This document shows, in pieces, positions 24,640-35,000 of a stretch of 64,000 bases of DNA (positions within the stretch are counted from its first letter, which is position 1; each line of letters starts with the position of its first letter). Under the pieces are notes generated by a model. It was not told the DNA's origin, made no database searches, and saw only the letters and a program-made list of their open reading frames with translations. Origin of the DNA: a virus (Duplodnaviria; Caudoviricetes). The DNA is taken from positions 1 to 64,000 of the IMG/VR virus record IMGVR_UViG_3300005544_000001; one strand, 5' to 3'. Made by a program: the position numbers and the translations under genes.

Positions 24640-25180
24640 AACACAGTCAGTCCGCACCAAGAACGTAATCCAAAAACGCAGCCTGATCCCCACTCCAACG
24701 CCTGTTCCTGGGGCACGCTGGATCCCATTGACCAAGGGCTTGTTCGCGCTGGTTGACGAGAAGGACTATGAGGCAGCGAACCGCTTTGCGTGGACGGCAG
24801 ACATAAATCCAAGGACCGCTTACGCGTACTGCAAAAGAGGTGGTGAGATTTTCTGGCTTCACAGGATCTTGATGAGTGCCCCGGAAAACATGCAGGTAGA
24901 TCACAGGGACGGCAACGGGCTAGACTGTCGGCGGGATAATATGCGGGTATGCAGTCTTAAAAATAACCACCGCAATATCAGGAAAACCATTGTTAAAACC
25001 TCTTCAAAGTTCAAGGGCGTATCTTGGGACAAAACACGGGAAAAGTGGTCCGCCAAGATCAAGTTCAATGGAAAGACAATAAATCTCGGCAGGTTCGAAG
25101 ACGAGGACGAGGCTGGGAAAGCATACGATGAATCAGCCGGGAGACTCTTTGGGGAATTTGCACTGCTGAACTTTCCATGA
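24623..25180 (+). CDS. HNH endonuclease with C-terminal AP2 domain
   Basis: IPLTKG..ALVD, QVDHRDGNGLDCRRDNMR, SKFKGVSW...KWSAKI...LGRF. Confidence 0.9.
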   Translation: MNLIAETQSVRTKNVIQKRSLIPTPTPVPGARWIPLTKGLFALVDEKDYEAANRFAWTADINPRTAYAYCKRGGEIFWLHRILMSAPENMQVDHRDGNGLDCRRDNMRVCSLKNNHRNIRKTIVKTSSKFKGVSWDKTREKWSAKIKFNGKTINLGRFEDEDEAGKAYDESAGRLFGEFALLNFP

Positions 25181-26169
25181 AAATCGGCATCTTTCTATCG
25201 AGTCTCGGCGGTAGTCCGCTGCAGGCCGGGCTGGAGCGTGGGTTTGTCCAGTTGGGGCATGAATTGGTGGACGGCGGGAAGCCGTGCGATCTGCTCGTTG
25301 TTTTCAATCAAACAGCTCATGATCCGTCGTATTGCTACCCCGGCTTTCCGGACCATACCGGGCCGATGGCGTTCATCGACTGCGCGGAGTATGGGTATTT
25401 CAGGCGACTGCCAGGCATCGTTGGCCATTATTGGAACGCATTCGCCGCGGGCTCAATGGTTCACGACACGAAGAACGTCGTGCAGCAGACACGGTTGAAG
25501 AACTGGCTCGAGGGAAGGAGCTTCCCTTACTTCATTCGCGAGTTCAGCAAGCACGTCGTTTTCCCGATCAACTATCACCCGATCGATTACCCGCTTTATT
25601 ACCACAGCGAATGCCACCAGAAGCCGGACCGCGAGGAGTATTTGAAGCGCGAACTCGACCTGTTCGTGAGCTGGGGGGCGAGTCATCCCTGGCGGATGCA
25701 GATCACGCAGGCGCTGCGGGATTGCCACACGCGCTGCGAAATCTTGGTCCTCGAGGAGAACGGGACGCCGCGGATGCGGCAGCGTGATTTCTTCCAGCGC
25801 ACGCGCGCGGCGAAGTGCTCGGTGTCGTTCGACGGTTACGGGTCGTCGTCCTTCCGGCTGCACGAGGTGCTTGTGCGATGCCTGCTGTTGGCCGGACCCA
25901 TGAGCATTGACCGTTACGCCCCGCTGGTGGACGGGGTGCATTTCATGGAATACGCGGTCGATGCGGTCGGCGAGGATTTCGTTGGGACGAACGTGTGCAA
26001 GGTGCTTCGGCAGGCGCTGGCGGACCCGGAGGGAAGCTTTCGGATGTACGACGCGGGTTACAGACATTGCATGGAGCACTACACCGAAAAGGCGACCGCC
26101 GAATACGTCCTGCGCACCGTCGAGGCGCACGACTGGACGAAGGTAACGCCGCTTGACAATCCTGCGTGA
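25177..26169 (+). CDS. GT-B glycosyltransferase-like protein
   Basis: C-terminal TRAAKCSVSFDGYGSSSFRLHEVL...YRHCMEHYT resembles the glycosyltransferase 1_2/CgeB-type tail. Confidence 0.65.
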   Translation: MKIGIFLSSLGGSPLQAGLERGFVQLGHELVDGGKPCDLLVVFNQTAHDPSYCYPGFPDHTGPMAFIDCAEYGYFRRLPGIVGHYWNAFAAGSMVHDTKNVVQQTRLKNWLEGRSFPYFIREFSKHVVFPINYHPIDYPLYYHSECHQKPDREEYLKRELDLFVSWGASHPWRMQITQALRDCHTRCEILVLEENGTPRMRQRDFFQRTRAAKCSVSFDGYGSSSFRLHEVLVRCLLLAGPMSIDRYAPLVDGVHFMEYAVDAVGEDFVGTNVCKVLRQALADPEGSFRMYDAGYRHCMEHYTEKATAEYVLRTVEAHDWTKVTPLDNPA

Positions 26170-26181
26170 GCGCGGCAGCGT
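26149..26181 (+). promoter_or_regulatory. Sigma70-like promoter
   Basis: CCGCTTGACA at 26149-26158, 17 nt spacer, CAGCGT, then ATG 7 nt later. Confidence 0.65.
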
Positions 26182-26188
26182 CACAGCC

Positions 26189-26467
26189 ATGAACGACGCG
26201 ACGGACGAAGCTCCGATTCCATCCCTCCCGATTCTTTCCGAAGAAGAAACGTTGAAGCAACCTCGTCAATACCTGAGCCGCTATTGCCCGTCGTGTGGAT
26301 TCAAGGGTTGTTTCCGCGTCCCTGACGGTCTTTATCTCATAGCGGCACAACTCCACTGTGAGAGATGCGGACGATCCACTCGCGCCAAACTTAAATGGGA
26401 CACGGGTTTGCTTCGCAGGATCTGGTGGTGGATCCGATGCCGCCATACCCGAATCAATTTAGGATGA
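26189..26467 (+). CDS. Small Zn-ribbon hypothetical protein
   Basis: CPSCG...CERCG. ATGA coupling to the next gene. Confidence 0.55.
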   Translation: MNDATDEAPIPSLPILSEEETLKQPRQYLSRYCPSCGFKGCFRVPDGLYLIAAQLHCERCGRSTRAKLKWDTGLLRRIWWWIRCRHTRINLG

Positions 26468-27516
26468 AACGCCTCACGTTGGTTGCCAGCATCGACAACG
26501 CGACCGGCTACGGTCTGCACGCGATCCAGATCGTGCGCGACATCGAGCGGTTGACAGGCGCGCACGTTGCCATCCGGCCGATCCAGCAGAAGCAGATGTT
26601 TGGATCGAACATCCCGACCGACATTCGGCAGCGGTTCGTCAACGGCCCGCAGCCCGAAGAGTGGGAGCTTGTCCTGTCGCCACCATACTTCCGACCGACG
26701 CCCGGGAAGAAAACCGCCTACTTTTCGATGTGGGAAGCGACACGGCTCCCTCCCGGCGGCGCCGCGGTCCTGAACCTCGCCGAGATCGTCATCGTGCCGA
26801 CGTCCTGGGGCGCCTCGTGCTTCTCGGCGTCAGGCGTGGATCGTACGATGAGGATCGTGCCGCTGGGCATCGACGACAAGGTTTTCCACTTTCGCGCGCA
26901 GAGCTTGGCCAGCGAGCCTGCGAAGGCTGGAGTGCGCGCCGTGTTCGGGACTGCCGGCCGCATGTCCCACGGCGGGATCCGAAAGGGCATCAACGAGGTA
27001 ATCGACCTGTTCCAGCGTGCGTTCCCGACGGAGGGCGACGTCCTGTTGCGCGTGAAAGTTCACCCTGACTGCCCGGTGACGCGACTGTCCGACCCGCGCA
27101 TCGAGATCAAAGCAGCGCACCTGCCCGACGAGCAGCTCGCCGACTGGTTCTCGGCGCTGACGTGCTTCGTATCGGGCGCCCGCGGCGAGGGCTGGGGGCT
27201 GTTCCAACAGCAGGCGATGGCCACCGGGCGCCCGGTCGTCGCCGCGCGCTTTGCCGGCCTGGCCGACTTCCTGACGCCGGATAACGGTTTCTGTGTGCCG
27301 TTCGTCCTCGGGGCGGCAGAACAGGCGTACGCGGGCTGCGGGCACTGGGCATGGCCGTCTGACCAAGGGTTCATCGAGGCGATGCGCACGATCTATCGCG
27401 AGCCGCACCTCGCCGCGGCCAAAGGCGCCCAGGCGTCGAAGGACGTCGCGCACCTGACGTGGGAGAACTCGAACCTACGGTTGATTGATGTATTACAAGA
27501 AGTGGGGGCACTATGA
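26464..27516 (+). CDS. Glycosyltransferase family 4 (GT-B)
   Basis: Start MKRLTLVASIDN; GTAGRMSHGGIRKG, RGEGWGLFQQQAMATGRPVV, HLTWENS. Confidence 0.9.
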   Translation: MKRLTLVASIDNATGYGLHAIQIVRDIERLTGAHVAIRPIQQKQMFGSNIPTDIRQRFVNGPQPEEWELVLSPPYFRPTPGKKTAYFSMWEATRLPPGGAAVLNLAEIVIVPTSWGASCFSASGVDRTMRIVPLGIDDKVFHFRAQSLASEPAKAGVRAVFGTAGRMSHGGIRKGINEVIDLFQRAFPTEGDVLLRVKVHPDCPVTRLSDPRIEIKAAHLPDEQLADWFSALTCFVSGARGEGWGLFQQQAMATGRPVVAARFAGLADFLTPDNGFCVPFVLGAAEQAYAGCGHWAWPSDQGFIEAMRTIYREPHLAAAKGAQASKDVAHLTWENSNLRLIDVLQEVGAL

Positions 27517-27827
27517 CCAGTTTCATTGACGGTCCCGCGAAAGGTCAGCATTTGATGCTGAAGCGGGCGGCGCGGTTCATTCGCGTCGTCGATGAGGTTG
27601 GCAAGTGGGACGCCCTCGATCAGCCGGAAGACACGCCAAAGGCGACGGAGAAGATTTACGCCTACCAGGTTCACGGCGATGTCAGAGCCTGCCACATCAA
27701 TAGAGGCGGAGGTCGGGGCGGGTTTTATCCAATCGCGGAGTATCGTTTTATCGTCGATCAGCCGGACGATGCGACGATGCGCGACGCTGATCGATGGCGG
27801 GCTTGGTGTGAAGCCCGAAAACCTTGA
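27513..27827 (+). CDS. Hypothetical protein
   Basis: 104 aa ORF (FIDGPAKG...) coupled to the upstream gene. Confidence 0.6.
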   Translation: MTSFIDGPAKGQHLMLKRAARFIRVVDEVGKWDALDQPEDTPKATEKIYAYQVHGDVRACHINRGGGRGGFYPIAEYRFIVDQPDDATMRDADRWRAWCEARKP

Positions 27828-27830
27828 TGC

Positions 27831-28085
27831 TTGCCTCAGAGCCCGTTCGGCGGTAGTACGGGCGCAATGGCCGCCACCATTCCGCCGAAACCCTCAGAGT
27901 TTGCTGCCGTCGTGGTTGAACCCACGGACACGCTCGCCGTGGCGTTCGTCAAAGTCTTCATCCGCTTCCCGGTCTTGCTGTTGCGCTGGTACATGGCCTG
28001 GTACAATGCCGACGGCTCGTTCACGACCGAGTTCAAGACGAAACTCTGTGCCGGATGGGCTGATTGCCCGGAGGAAACCGCCTGA
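27831..28085 (+). CDS. Small paralogue of the N-terminal domain of the next tail protein
   Basis: Shares P..PSE...P.L...WY...YN.D.SFT..FK..LC with 28085-29662. Confidence 0.65.
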   Translation: MPQSPFGGSTGAMAATIPPKPSEFAAVVVEPTDTLAVAFVKVFIRFPVLLLRWYMAWYNADGSFTTEFKTKLCAGWADCPEETA

Positions 28086-29662
28086 TGCCTACGCCAGTTT
28101 CGCCGTCTGAAATTAAATCCACTATCCCGTCCGCGAGCGGCAGCTTTTGCGCGAAGTTCCTTCAGGTGCTGCAACTCCCGAAACTGTTTTCGACCTGGTA
28201 CAGCTACGTTTACAACGAGGATCTGTCCTTCACGGATGACTTCAAAGCCGATCTCTGTCTCGTGCGATGCACATGCAGCGGCGGGGGCAGCACTCCGCCC
28301 GACGGTGGCGTCCCTGGCGGACCGATCGCGCCGACCAACGTTCAGGCCACGGACGGCGCATTCAGCACGAAGGTCGTCGTCACATGGAATTCGGTGACGG
28401 CCGCCACGAGCTACGAGATCTTGCGCGGTACAGTGAACGATTTCTCGATGGCGACCGTCATCGGCACGACGACGGGCAATCTGGTGGTGACTTTCGAGGA
28501 CACGGCCGTCACGGAGGCGCAGGTCTACTACTACTGGGTGCGCGCGTATAACGGCACGCTCCGCGGGGCGTCCAGTTCTCCGGATACCGGCTACGCTGTC
28601 GGCGCTTTGTCAGCGGTCACGGATCTCAAGGCCAGCCGCGGGTTCTACCAGTCGACCGTGACTGGGCTCACGACCGGGACAGGCACGATCGCGCTCGTGT
28701 TCACGGCCGCTTCTGGCGCCAATGCCTACGACATCTATCGCGGCACTACCAACGTGTTCTCGGCGGCAACGAAGATCGATTCGAACCGAATGCCGTTCGA
28801 TACTTCCAGGAAGACAACGCAATGCGTTCCTACCCCATGCACAAGTCCGATTTTCGTGAATAACGGCGGGCATTTGTTGTATTACGACAAACCGGCGAGC
28901 ATCGCCCAAAAGTATTACTACTGGGTCGTCGCCAAGATGGTTTCCGGGTCAATCGTGCAGGCGGTTTCTGAGGCTTCGAACACTGCGTATGGCTGGATCG
29001 TCCTCGACAGCACGGCCGGCACGCAGGTTCTGGGCTACGACATCGTTGCCCATGCCTCGCCCGTCCCGAACTCGAGGACAAGGGCCTACGTCGTCCTTGT
29101 TGGGCCAACGGCCGGCGGCGCCGGCGGCAACGACTCGTTTGGGGGTGGTGGTGGCGGCGGCGGGGCGATCATCGCTGGCTACTTCAACATGGTGGCGGGC
29201 CCCAACCGTCGCTGGAAAATGATCACGAGTTCGGTCGCCGGCGGGGCGTCGGCAGCCAACGGGACCGATTCGATCGTCGCTGAACTTCAATATGACGACG
29301 GCGGCGGCATTTTTGCCACAATCCTGGACACCTCGATTGCCGGCAAAGGTCTGTGGAATGCCGGTGGCGGCGGCGCCGGCGGCGCCGGGTCAGTCGGCTC
29401 TGTAATCGGAGCGGTGACCGATCCCGAGACCGAGCCCGGGTTCGCGGGGGAAGCCGCGTCCGGAACGTTTGGCGGCCGCGGCGGATGCGATTTCGGGTTC
29501 CTGCGGTCAAACCCTCACAACTTCCCGAACGCGTTCAACATCACCACGGAGACGACCAGGTTAACCCAGGGCGGCGGCGGTTCGGATGCGCTGCCTGGCG
29601 CCGGGGCCTCCGCCGATGGCGGCATCGGGTCGACCGGTTACGCAATCATCGTCTATTTCTGA
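28085..29662 (+). CDS. Tail fibre-like protein with two FN3-like domains and a glycine-rich C-terminal domain
   Basis: PTNVQATDG...VTWNSV..ATSYEILRG...YYYWVRAYN, a second similar unit, then GGGGGG-rich repeats. Confidence 0.75.
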   Translation: MPTPVSPSEIKSTIPSASGSFCAKFLQVLQLPKLFSTWYSYVYNEDLSFTDDFKADLCLVRCTCSGGGSTPPDGGVPGGPIAPTNVQATDGAFSTKVVVTWNSVTAATSYEILRGTVNDFSMATVIGTTTGNLVVTFEDTAVTEAQVYYYWVRAYNGTLRGASSSPDTGYAVGALSAVTDLKASRGFYQSTVTGLTTGTGTIALVFTAASGANAYDIYRGTTNVFSAATKIDSNRMPFDTSRKTTQCVPTPCTSPIFVNNGGHLLYYDKPASIAQKYYYWVVAKMVSGSIVQAVSEASNTAYGWIVLDSTAGTQVLGYDIVAHASPVPNSRTRAYVVLVGPTAGGAGGNDSFGGGGGGGGAIIAGYFNMVAGPNRRWKMITSSVAGGASAANGTDSIVAELQYDDGGGIFATILDTSIAGKGLWNAGGGGAGGAGSVGSVIGAVTDPETEPGFAGEAASGTFGGRGGCDFGFLRSNPHNFPNAFNITTETTRLTQGGGGSDALPGAGASADGGIGSTGYAIIVYF

Positions 29663-31665
29663 TGCCTTGCGATTCGAGCATTCCAATTGTCCCGGTCAGC
29701 GGTTTTTTGGATCGCCGCAGCACGGTCGATTTGGTGCCATTCGGGGGCTATCGCCGGGCCGACAACGTAGATGTCACCACCAAGCAGCGCCTGTGTCGCG
29801 CCCGCGGGTGGACCAAACATCGCGACGCGGACCCTTACAACAATCAGGACCTGCACAATCAGCTCGTCGTCCCGGGGCTCGAGCAGTCGCCGACCTTGCT
29901 CTATCAGGCCCGCACAGGTGCTGGCTTCACGAAACTGTTCGCGGCCACACAGAACCGGATTTATTCGGAGGTACCAGCCACGGGCAACTGGCGGTTGCTT
30001 TCCGACGAGTTTGGCGGTGAACCAGAGGATTGTTCGGAAACGCTGTGGAGCGCCGGACATGTCGGCCAGATCGTCGTTTTCAGTAACAACGTTGATGCAC
30101 CGGTCTCGACGTTCATCGATCAACCTCCGATCGAGCCCAACAGCCAAAGCGTGAGCCCCATTCGAGACTTGGAGCGGCTCAACGTGACGCGGGTTGGGCT
30201 CGTCATCGCGTGGAACAACGTGATGTTCTACATGGACGTCGAACAGGACGGGGTCCGCGTCCGAAATCGCGTGCTGTGGAGCGATTACAAGCGTCCGCTC
30301 TCGATCGTACCCAACAAGGGCATCAGCCTGGCCGGCACGAGCGATTTGCTGTCAGGCGAGATCATCCTCGGCGCGGCGCCCATGGCCGACGCGCTCATGA
30401 TTTATACGAGCATGAGGATCTGGGAGGTGCGCGTCAGCGGCGATGACAACGTGTTCTCGTTCAACAAACGGTACACGCACGAAGAGGGCAGCCGATGTCT
30501 GGCCTACAAACGCACGCTTGTAACGACTGGCTCAAGTCATTATTACATGGGACGAGACGGGATTTACCGCTACTCGTTTTATGTCACGGAACCGGAACTT
30601 GTTGAGTATATCCATCGGGCGAGTGCCGTCATTTTTGACGACATCAACACGGCTGCGTGCAATGCGCATTGTGCGGAGTTTTTCCCCGATCGGCGACAGG
30701 TTTGGTTCTCGTGGGCGCGCGCCGGCGAGGCGTGTCCTGGCAATACGCTGGTTGTCGGGACCGAGTTTCCATTTTGCTCTGTCATCGACGAAGGTTTCAC
30801 CGCGTTCGTTAACACGGAACCGCACAATAACCTGATCCTGCGCGATTGGATTCGGGACCTCTGCATCTGCACCACGGCGGAGCTTGTCGAGAACGGGTTC
30901 GGATTCATCAACGAAGGCGGTTACTGCACTCCCCAGAGTGACCCGGAATGCCCGACGCGGCCGCACTCGTTTTACACGCAGACGCCGCGCTACGAGGCGG
31001 ACATCGACGTCACAACCGAGGAATGGACCCAGGCCACGCCCGATGCGGACTCGTTTGCGTCCCTGTTCCAGACGCTGACAGTTGATCAGCTTTGCAACAC
31101 GGAATTCCTGGCCGGCGAATGCAACGCCAGCGCGACCTTCGTCATGGCCAGCAGTCATGACAAATGCCTCAAGGACGCCGCAGAAGTGTTTTACCGTGAA
31201 CACTGCACGTCCACGGTCGGCTGTGGGACCTACTCGAAGGACGGCTACAAGAGCCTGCTGACGTCCGGGGCCCTGCATTTCAACGCGCCTGACCGGGAAA
31301 AGATTGCGTCCTGCTTTCAGGTCGAGGCGCACCCGGAACCGGCAACGGTTCCTGGGCAGATGATATTTCGAATTGGGGTGGCAACGCAGGCCATCGACCC
31401 GATCACGGCGTCCGGGCGCTGCATGATCGCCTGGGAGGAACAGGACCCGTTCGTGCTCGAGTGCCAAAGTGACCTGACGCTGGCTCAATCCCGGGCTGAA
31501 GGCACGTTTCCGGACCAGCCGTTTGCCTGGCCGCTGTTTGCCAAGGGTTTTTACCTGTATTACGAGATCGAGATCGGCAATCCGCGCTCGACACCGCGCG
31601 ACACCGGCGCCGCCGTCTGCATTTCGCGCTACGATCTGACGGCCCGGCAGTTGAGCAAGTGTTGA
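29662..31665 (+). CDS. Tail nozzle / stabilisation protein (P22 gp10 or T7 gp12-like), putative
   Basis: True start MPCDSSIP at 29662. 667 aa with beta-propeller-like pattern (NRVLWSD, IILGAAPM..ALMIYT, HYYMGRDGIY). Confidence 0.7.
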   Translation: MPCDSSIPIVPVSGFLDRRSTVDLVPFGGYRRADNVDVTTKQRLCRARGWTKHRDADPYNNQDLHNQLVVPGLEQSPTLLYQARTGAGFTKLFAATQNRIYSEVPATGNWRLLSDEFGGEPEDCSETLWSAGHVGQIVVFSNNVDAPVSTFIDQPPIEPNSQSVSPIRDLERLNVTRVGLVIAWNNVMFYMDVEQDGVRVRNRVLWSDYKRPLSIVPNKGISLAGTSDLLSGEIILGAAPMADALMIYTSMRIWEVRVSGDDNVFSFNKRYTHEEGSRCLAYKRTLVTTGSSHYYMGRDGIYRYSFYVTEPELVEYIHRASAVIFDDINTAACNAHCAEFFPDRRQVWFSWARAGEACPGNTLVVGTEFPFCSVIDEGFTAFVNTEPHNNLILRDWIRDLCICTTAELVENGFGFINEGGYCTPQSDPECPTRPHSFYTQTPRYEADIDVTTEEWTQATPDADSFASLFQTLTVDQLCNTEFLAGECNASATFVMASSHDKCLKDAAEVFYREHCTSTVGCGTYSKDGYKSLLTSGALHFNAPDREKIASCFQVEAHPEPATVPGQMIFRIGVATQAIDPITASGRCMIAWEEQDPFVLECQSDLTLAQSRAEGTFPDQPFAWPLFAKGFYLYYEIEIGNPRSTPRDTGAAVCISRYDLTARQLSKC

Positions 31666-31691
31666 ATCGTCTTGCGTGACAGCCGTTTCAG

Positions 31692-32033
31692 GTGTCCACT
31701 CAAAACGTTATGCCAGATTTTGATGCCGGAACGTATAACCCAGCCGGGGGCTCTCCTGCGGCCGATTTGAGTATCACGTTCGGCGGGACCACGGCGGCAG
31801 CAATACTCGGAGGCCCTATGAGTGATTTTTTTGCTCCAACTTACATTCCGAACGGCGGGCATCCGCCTGGCGGGCCGACCTTGCCGGCTGGCCTGGGCGG
31901 GGGCGGACGCCAGGAGGTTTACATCGATCGCGCTCCTTATCCTCCGGACGATCCCACAAAACCTGCCGTGAATTACCCTGCTGGTGGTGGACCGGAGCAG
32001 CAGTGGGATGTTGCGAGCCAAAGCTGGACTTGA
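31692..32033 (+). CDS. Small Gly/Pro-rich structural hypothetical protein
   Basis: 113 aa ORF ending EQQWDVASQSWT. Confidence 0.55.
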   Translation: MSTQNVMPDFDAGTYNPAGGSPAADLSITFGGTTAAAILGGPMSDFFAPTYIPNGGHPPGGPTLPAGLGGGGRQEVYIDRAPYPPDDPTKPAVNYPAGGGPEQQWDVASQSWT

Positions 32034-32038
32034 TCACT

Positions 32039-35000
32039 ATGAAATTTCTTACTTCGCTCCTTCTTCTTGTCGCTACGACCTGTTTCGCGGCCGTGCCTGA
32101 TTACAAGGCATTTCGAGGAACGGGCGGCATTCTTGTTGTCTCAAATCCTCCGACAGGCACAATCACCATTGACGGCGGTAGCGTCGTGGCGAGTGGTACC
32201 AATTCCACGATCAGGATTTCAACCAATGCAGTTCTGCTTACGACTTCCACTCAGGTCAACTTTGGGTTCGGTTTGACCGGGGTTGTGGTCGGAGCCACGG
32301 CGCATGTTGGAACAGACCCGAATCTTATCGGGATTTACACCACCAATGAATGTTTCGTCTCAACGAACCTGAACACGAACATCCTCATCGCGGTGAACTT
32401 CGGGACGGCGGGGGCCAACGGAATCTATAACTGGAATGGCACGAGTCGGTTTACCAACGGGGTGAATGTGCTGTATCTCGATACGGGTTATGGCGGGTGG
32501 ATCATCAGCAATTCTGTGAGCGGGGTGCTCTATGATTCGTTCCTCAATCCTTCGCTGGGCGGAATTCAGACGTGGGATGACGTGGTGAATGGAGCGGGAC
32601 CCCTGGGGACGACTTACTACGGTCCGATTACCAATTGTTTCACGCGCGAAGGGACCGTTTACGCGATGAATTTTGCTGCGGTGACCACGAACTTGTACGT
32701 GGAACTCACCGGCAACGACACGAACGCCGTACGTGGGCGTCTCGATCGACCATGGAAGAGTGTGAGGGCAGCAACGATTGCCGCGCGGCGTGGTGATCGC
32801 ATCATTGTGGGCATGGGTATTTTCCCTGAGACAGACGGGCAAACCCTCATTCTCACCAATCGCTGTTTCCTGATTGGGTCCGGAGCGGGCTCAACAATCA
32901 TCGGCACGATGGGCTCGGGGGAGGATTCGCTGTTCCTGTGCTCTGACACCGTCATCTCTGGATTCACGTTCAATGGGAAGGTGGTTGTGGGCGACGGCCA
33001 GGCGTTCACCAGCGGCGCATCGCTGGGGGAAGCGACCAATGTGTTCCTCAAGGGCATCACGGCTAATGGATTTGCAGACGGCCTTGGCCTGGACACATGG
33101 CGGGATGTGCGGGTTGAGGATTGCCTGTTCACAGACATTTTTGACGGTGTGGCAAACTGGGACAATCGCGGGTTGCCACAGACTGCCACGTTCAGGAACG
33201 TGCATGTTGTCAGCAAGTTCGAGACAGGCGGATTCAACCCGGTCCACGGCGTGTCATGGCTGGCTGGCACCCTCATCTGGGATGGAGGCTCCATCACCGT
33301 GAGCAACGGCGTCACCCATAACACGGGCATTTACGTTCCAATCAGCACCAACGCCACTCCGAAAGTTTTCCTGAACGGCGTGCGCATTCTGCATTCAACC
33401 ACGAATATTGCCACCTCCTGTGCGGTTTGGAACTCCAACTACGCGAACGTGCTCATCACCGGCGCTTACGTCAACGAGGTTCAACCGCAGCTGGTCAACA
33501 GCATGATCACCAATCAGCCGAGTGACCATGTGGTGAACGTGACCAACGCCAACGCGATTGCGAACGGAGGCCGCACTAATTTCCTCATCGACACGACAGT
33601 GTTCGGGGCAGGTTTTCTGGCTGGCAAGTACTCGGTAACGATCTACGACAGCGGGCACACGGCGCAGACAACGAACGTTTGGATCTTCACGCAGGGTAAT
33701 CAGAAGATCGATGGGGTCTTAACGAGGACCAACATTATCTTAAATGGAGGCTCGATGACTCTCGCCGTCGGTGGCGCCGGTGGAACCAACTGGGTAATAA
33801 CTGTGCTGCCACCCCTTCCGCTTCCGCAGTTCGCAAATTTCAATGGGGGATTCGCTTTGGTGAGCGATGAACAAACCATTGTGGAAACCGGGGTGACCAC
33901 AACGGAATTGGAATTTCTCTCCGGCGTCACCTCTCCGATCCAGGCGCAGCTTTCGAATGACGTGCGGGTTGCGGCCGGCGCGAATGTGACGGTCACAAAA
34001 TCCGGCGCTGGCGGCATCATGACCTACACGGTTGCAGCAACGGGTGGAGCGGGTTCCACGGCGTTCAGCAACCTTGTCGACGTATCCCTGGGTAGCCTTG
34101 GCGGACCTCTTCTCGATGGTGACACATTGTTTTACAATCTGGCTGGGGGCTTCTGGTACAATCAAAATCCGTTCTTCCAAATTACCTATACGATTACCGT
34201 GTTGACCAACATCACCATAAATGTCGGCACCAACATGGAGCAAAGCGTTGCCGTTCAAACGAGCAATTCCTTTGGAGTGGTTTACAGCGGGACGCCAATG
34301 CCCGGCGAGAGATACCACATCGCAGTGTTCAACACCAATAGGGTCGTGGACATCAACATGACCAACAACTCCTACAATCCGTTGGTGGCCAGCAACGTCA
34401 CGATCTACACGATCAAATCGAACTCCATCGCGTCGTTCACCTTCATCAATCGAACCAATTGGAACGCAGCCGGGACGAACCGCTGGGAATTGGATCGGGA
34501 GATCGCTCAGGAGATGGAGCTTGTTCCGGGTTCAAACATCACGTTCACAACAAACGCGTTCAGCAGCACGGTCACTGTGTCTTCCTCCGCTGGTGGCGGC
34601 AATGTAAGCTCCAATTCATCTGGTGGCATTACTGCCATTGGAGTGTCTACCAACCTTTCACCAATGTACATAACGATGAACGGTGGATCGGTTAATTACA
34701 TTTCCTACACTCCTAGCACCCTGTCGTTTGGTTCCACGGATGTCGGCGTTCAGGATATTTTCTGGACGACAGCAAACGCCCAGTACCAGCTTGCATACGG
34801 CGTGGATTACAACGGACTGATTCCGTTGGGCGGTGCGAACGCTCTGGGAAGTGCGACACATCCATGGGATACATTCTTTGTGACCGGCGCTGGTAACACT
34901 CCAGCGGCAGGAAAAGTTTGGACAGCGATCGGAACATCTGGAGCTGGAGGATGGAGCAATGCGCCCGCAAGTTCTCCAACCACTACGCGAGGCGACATGA

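Noticed and set aside
31661-31670. GTTGAATCGT equals the first five concatenated NN pairs of array tract 1
   Set aside because: A 10-nt match drawn from dozens of possible windows against 128 kb is expected by chance, and the match does not extend cleanly. Not evidence of self-targeting.
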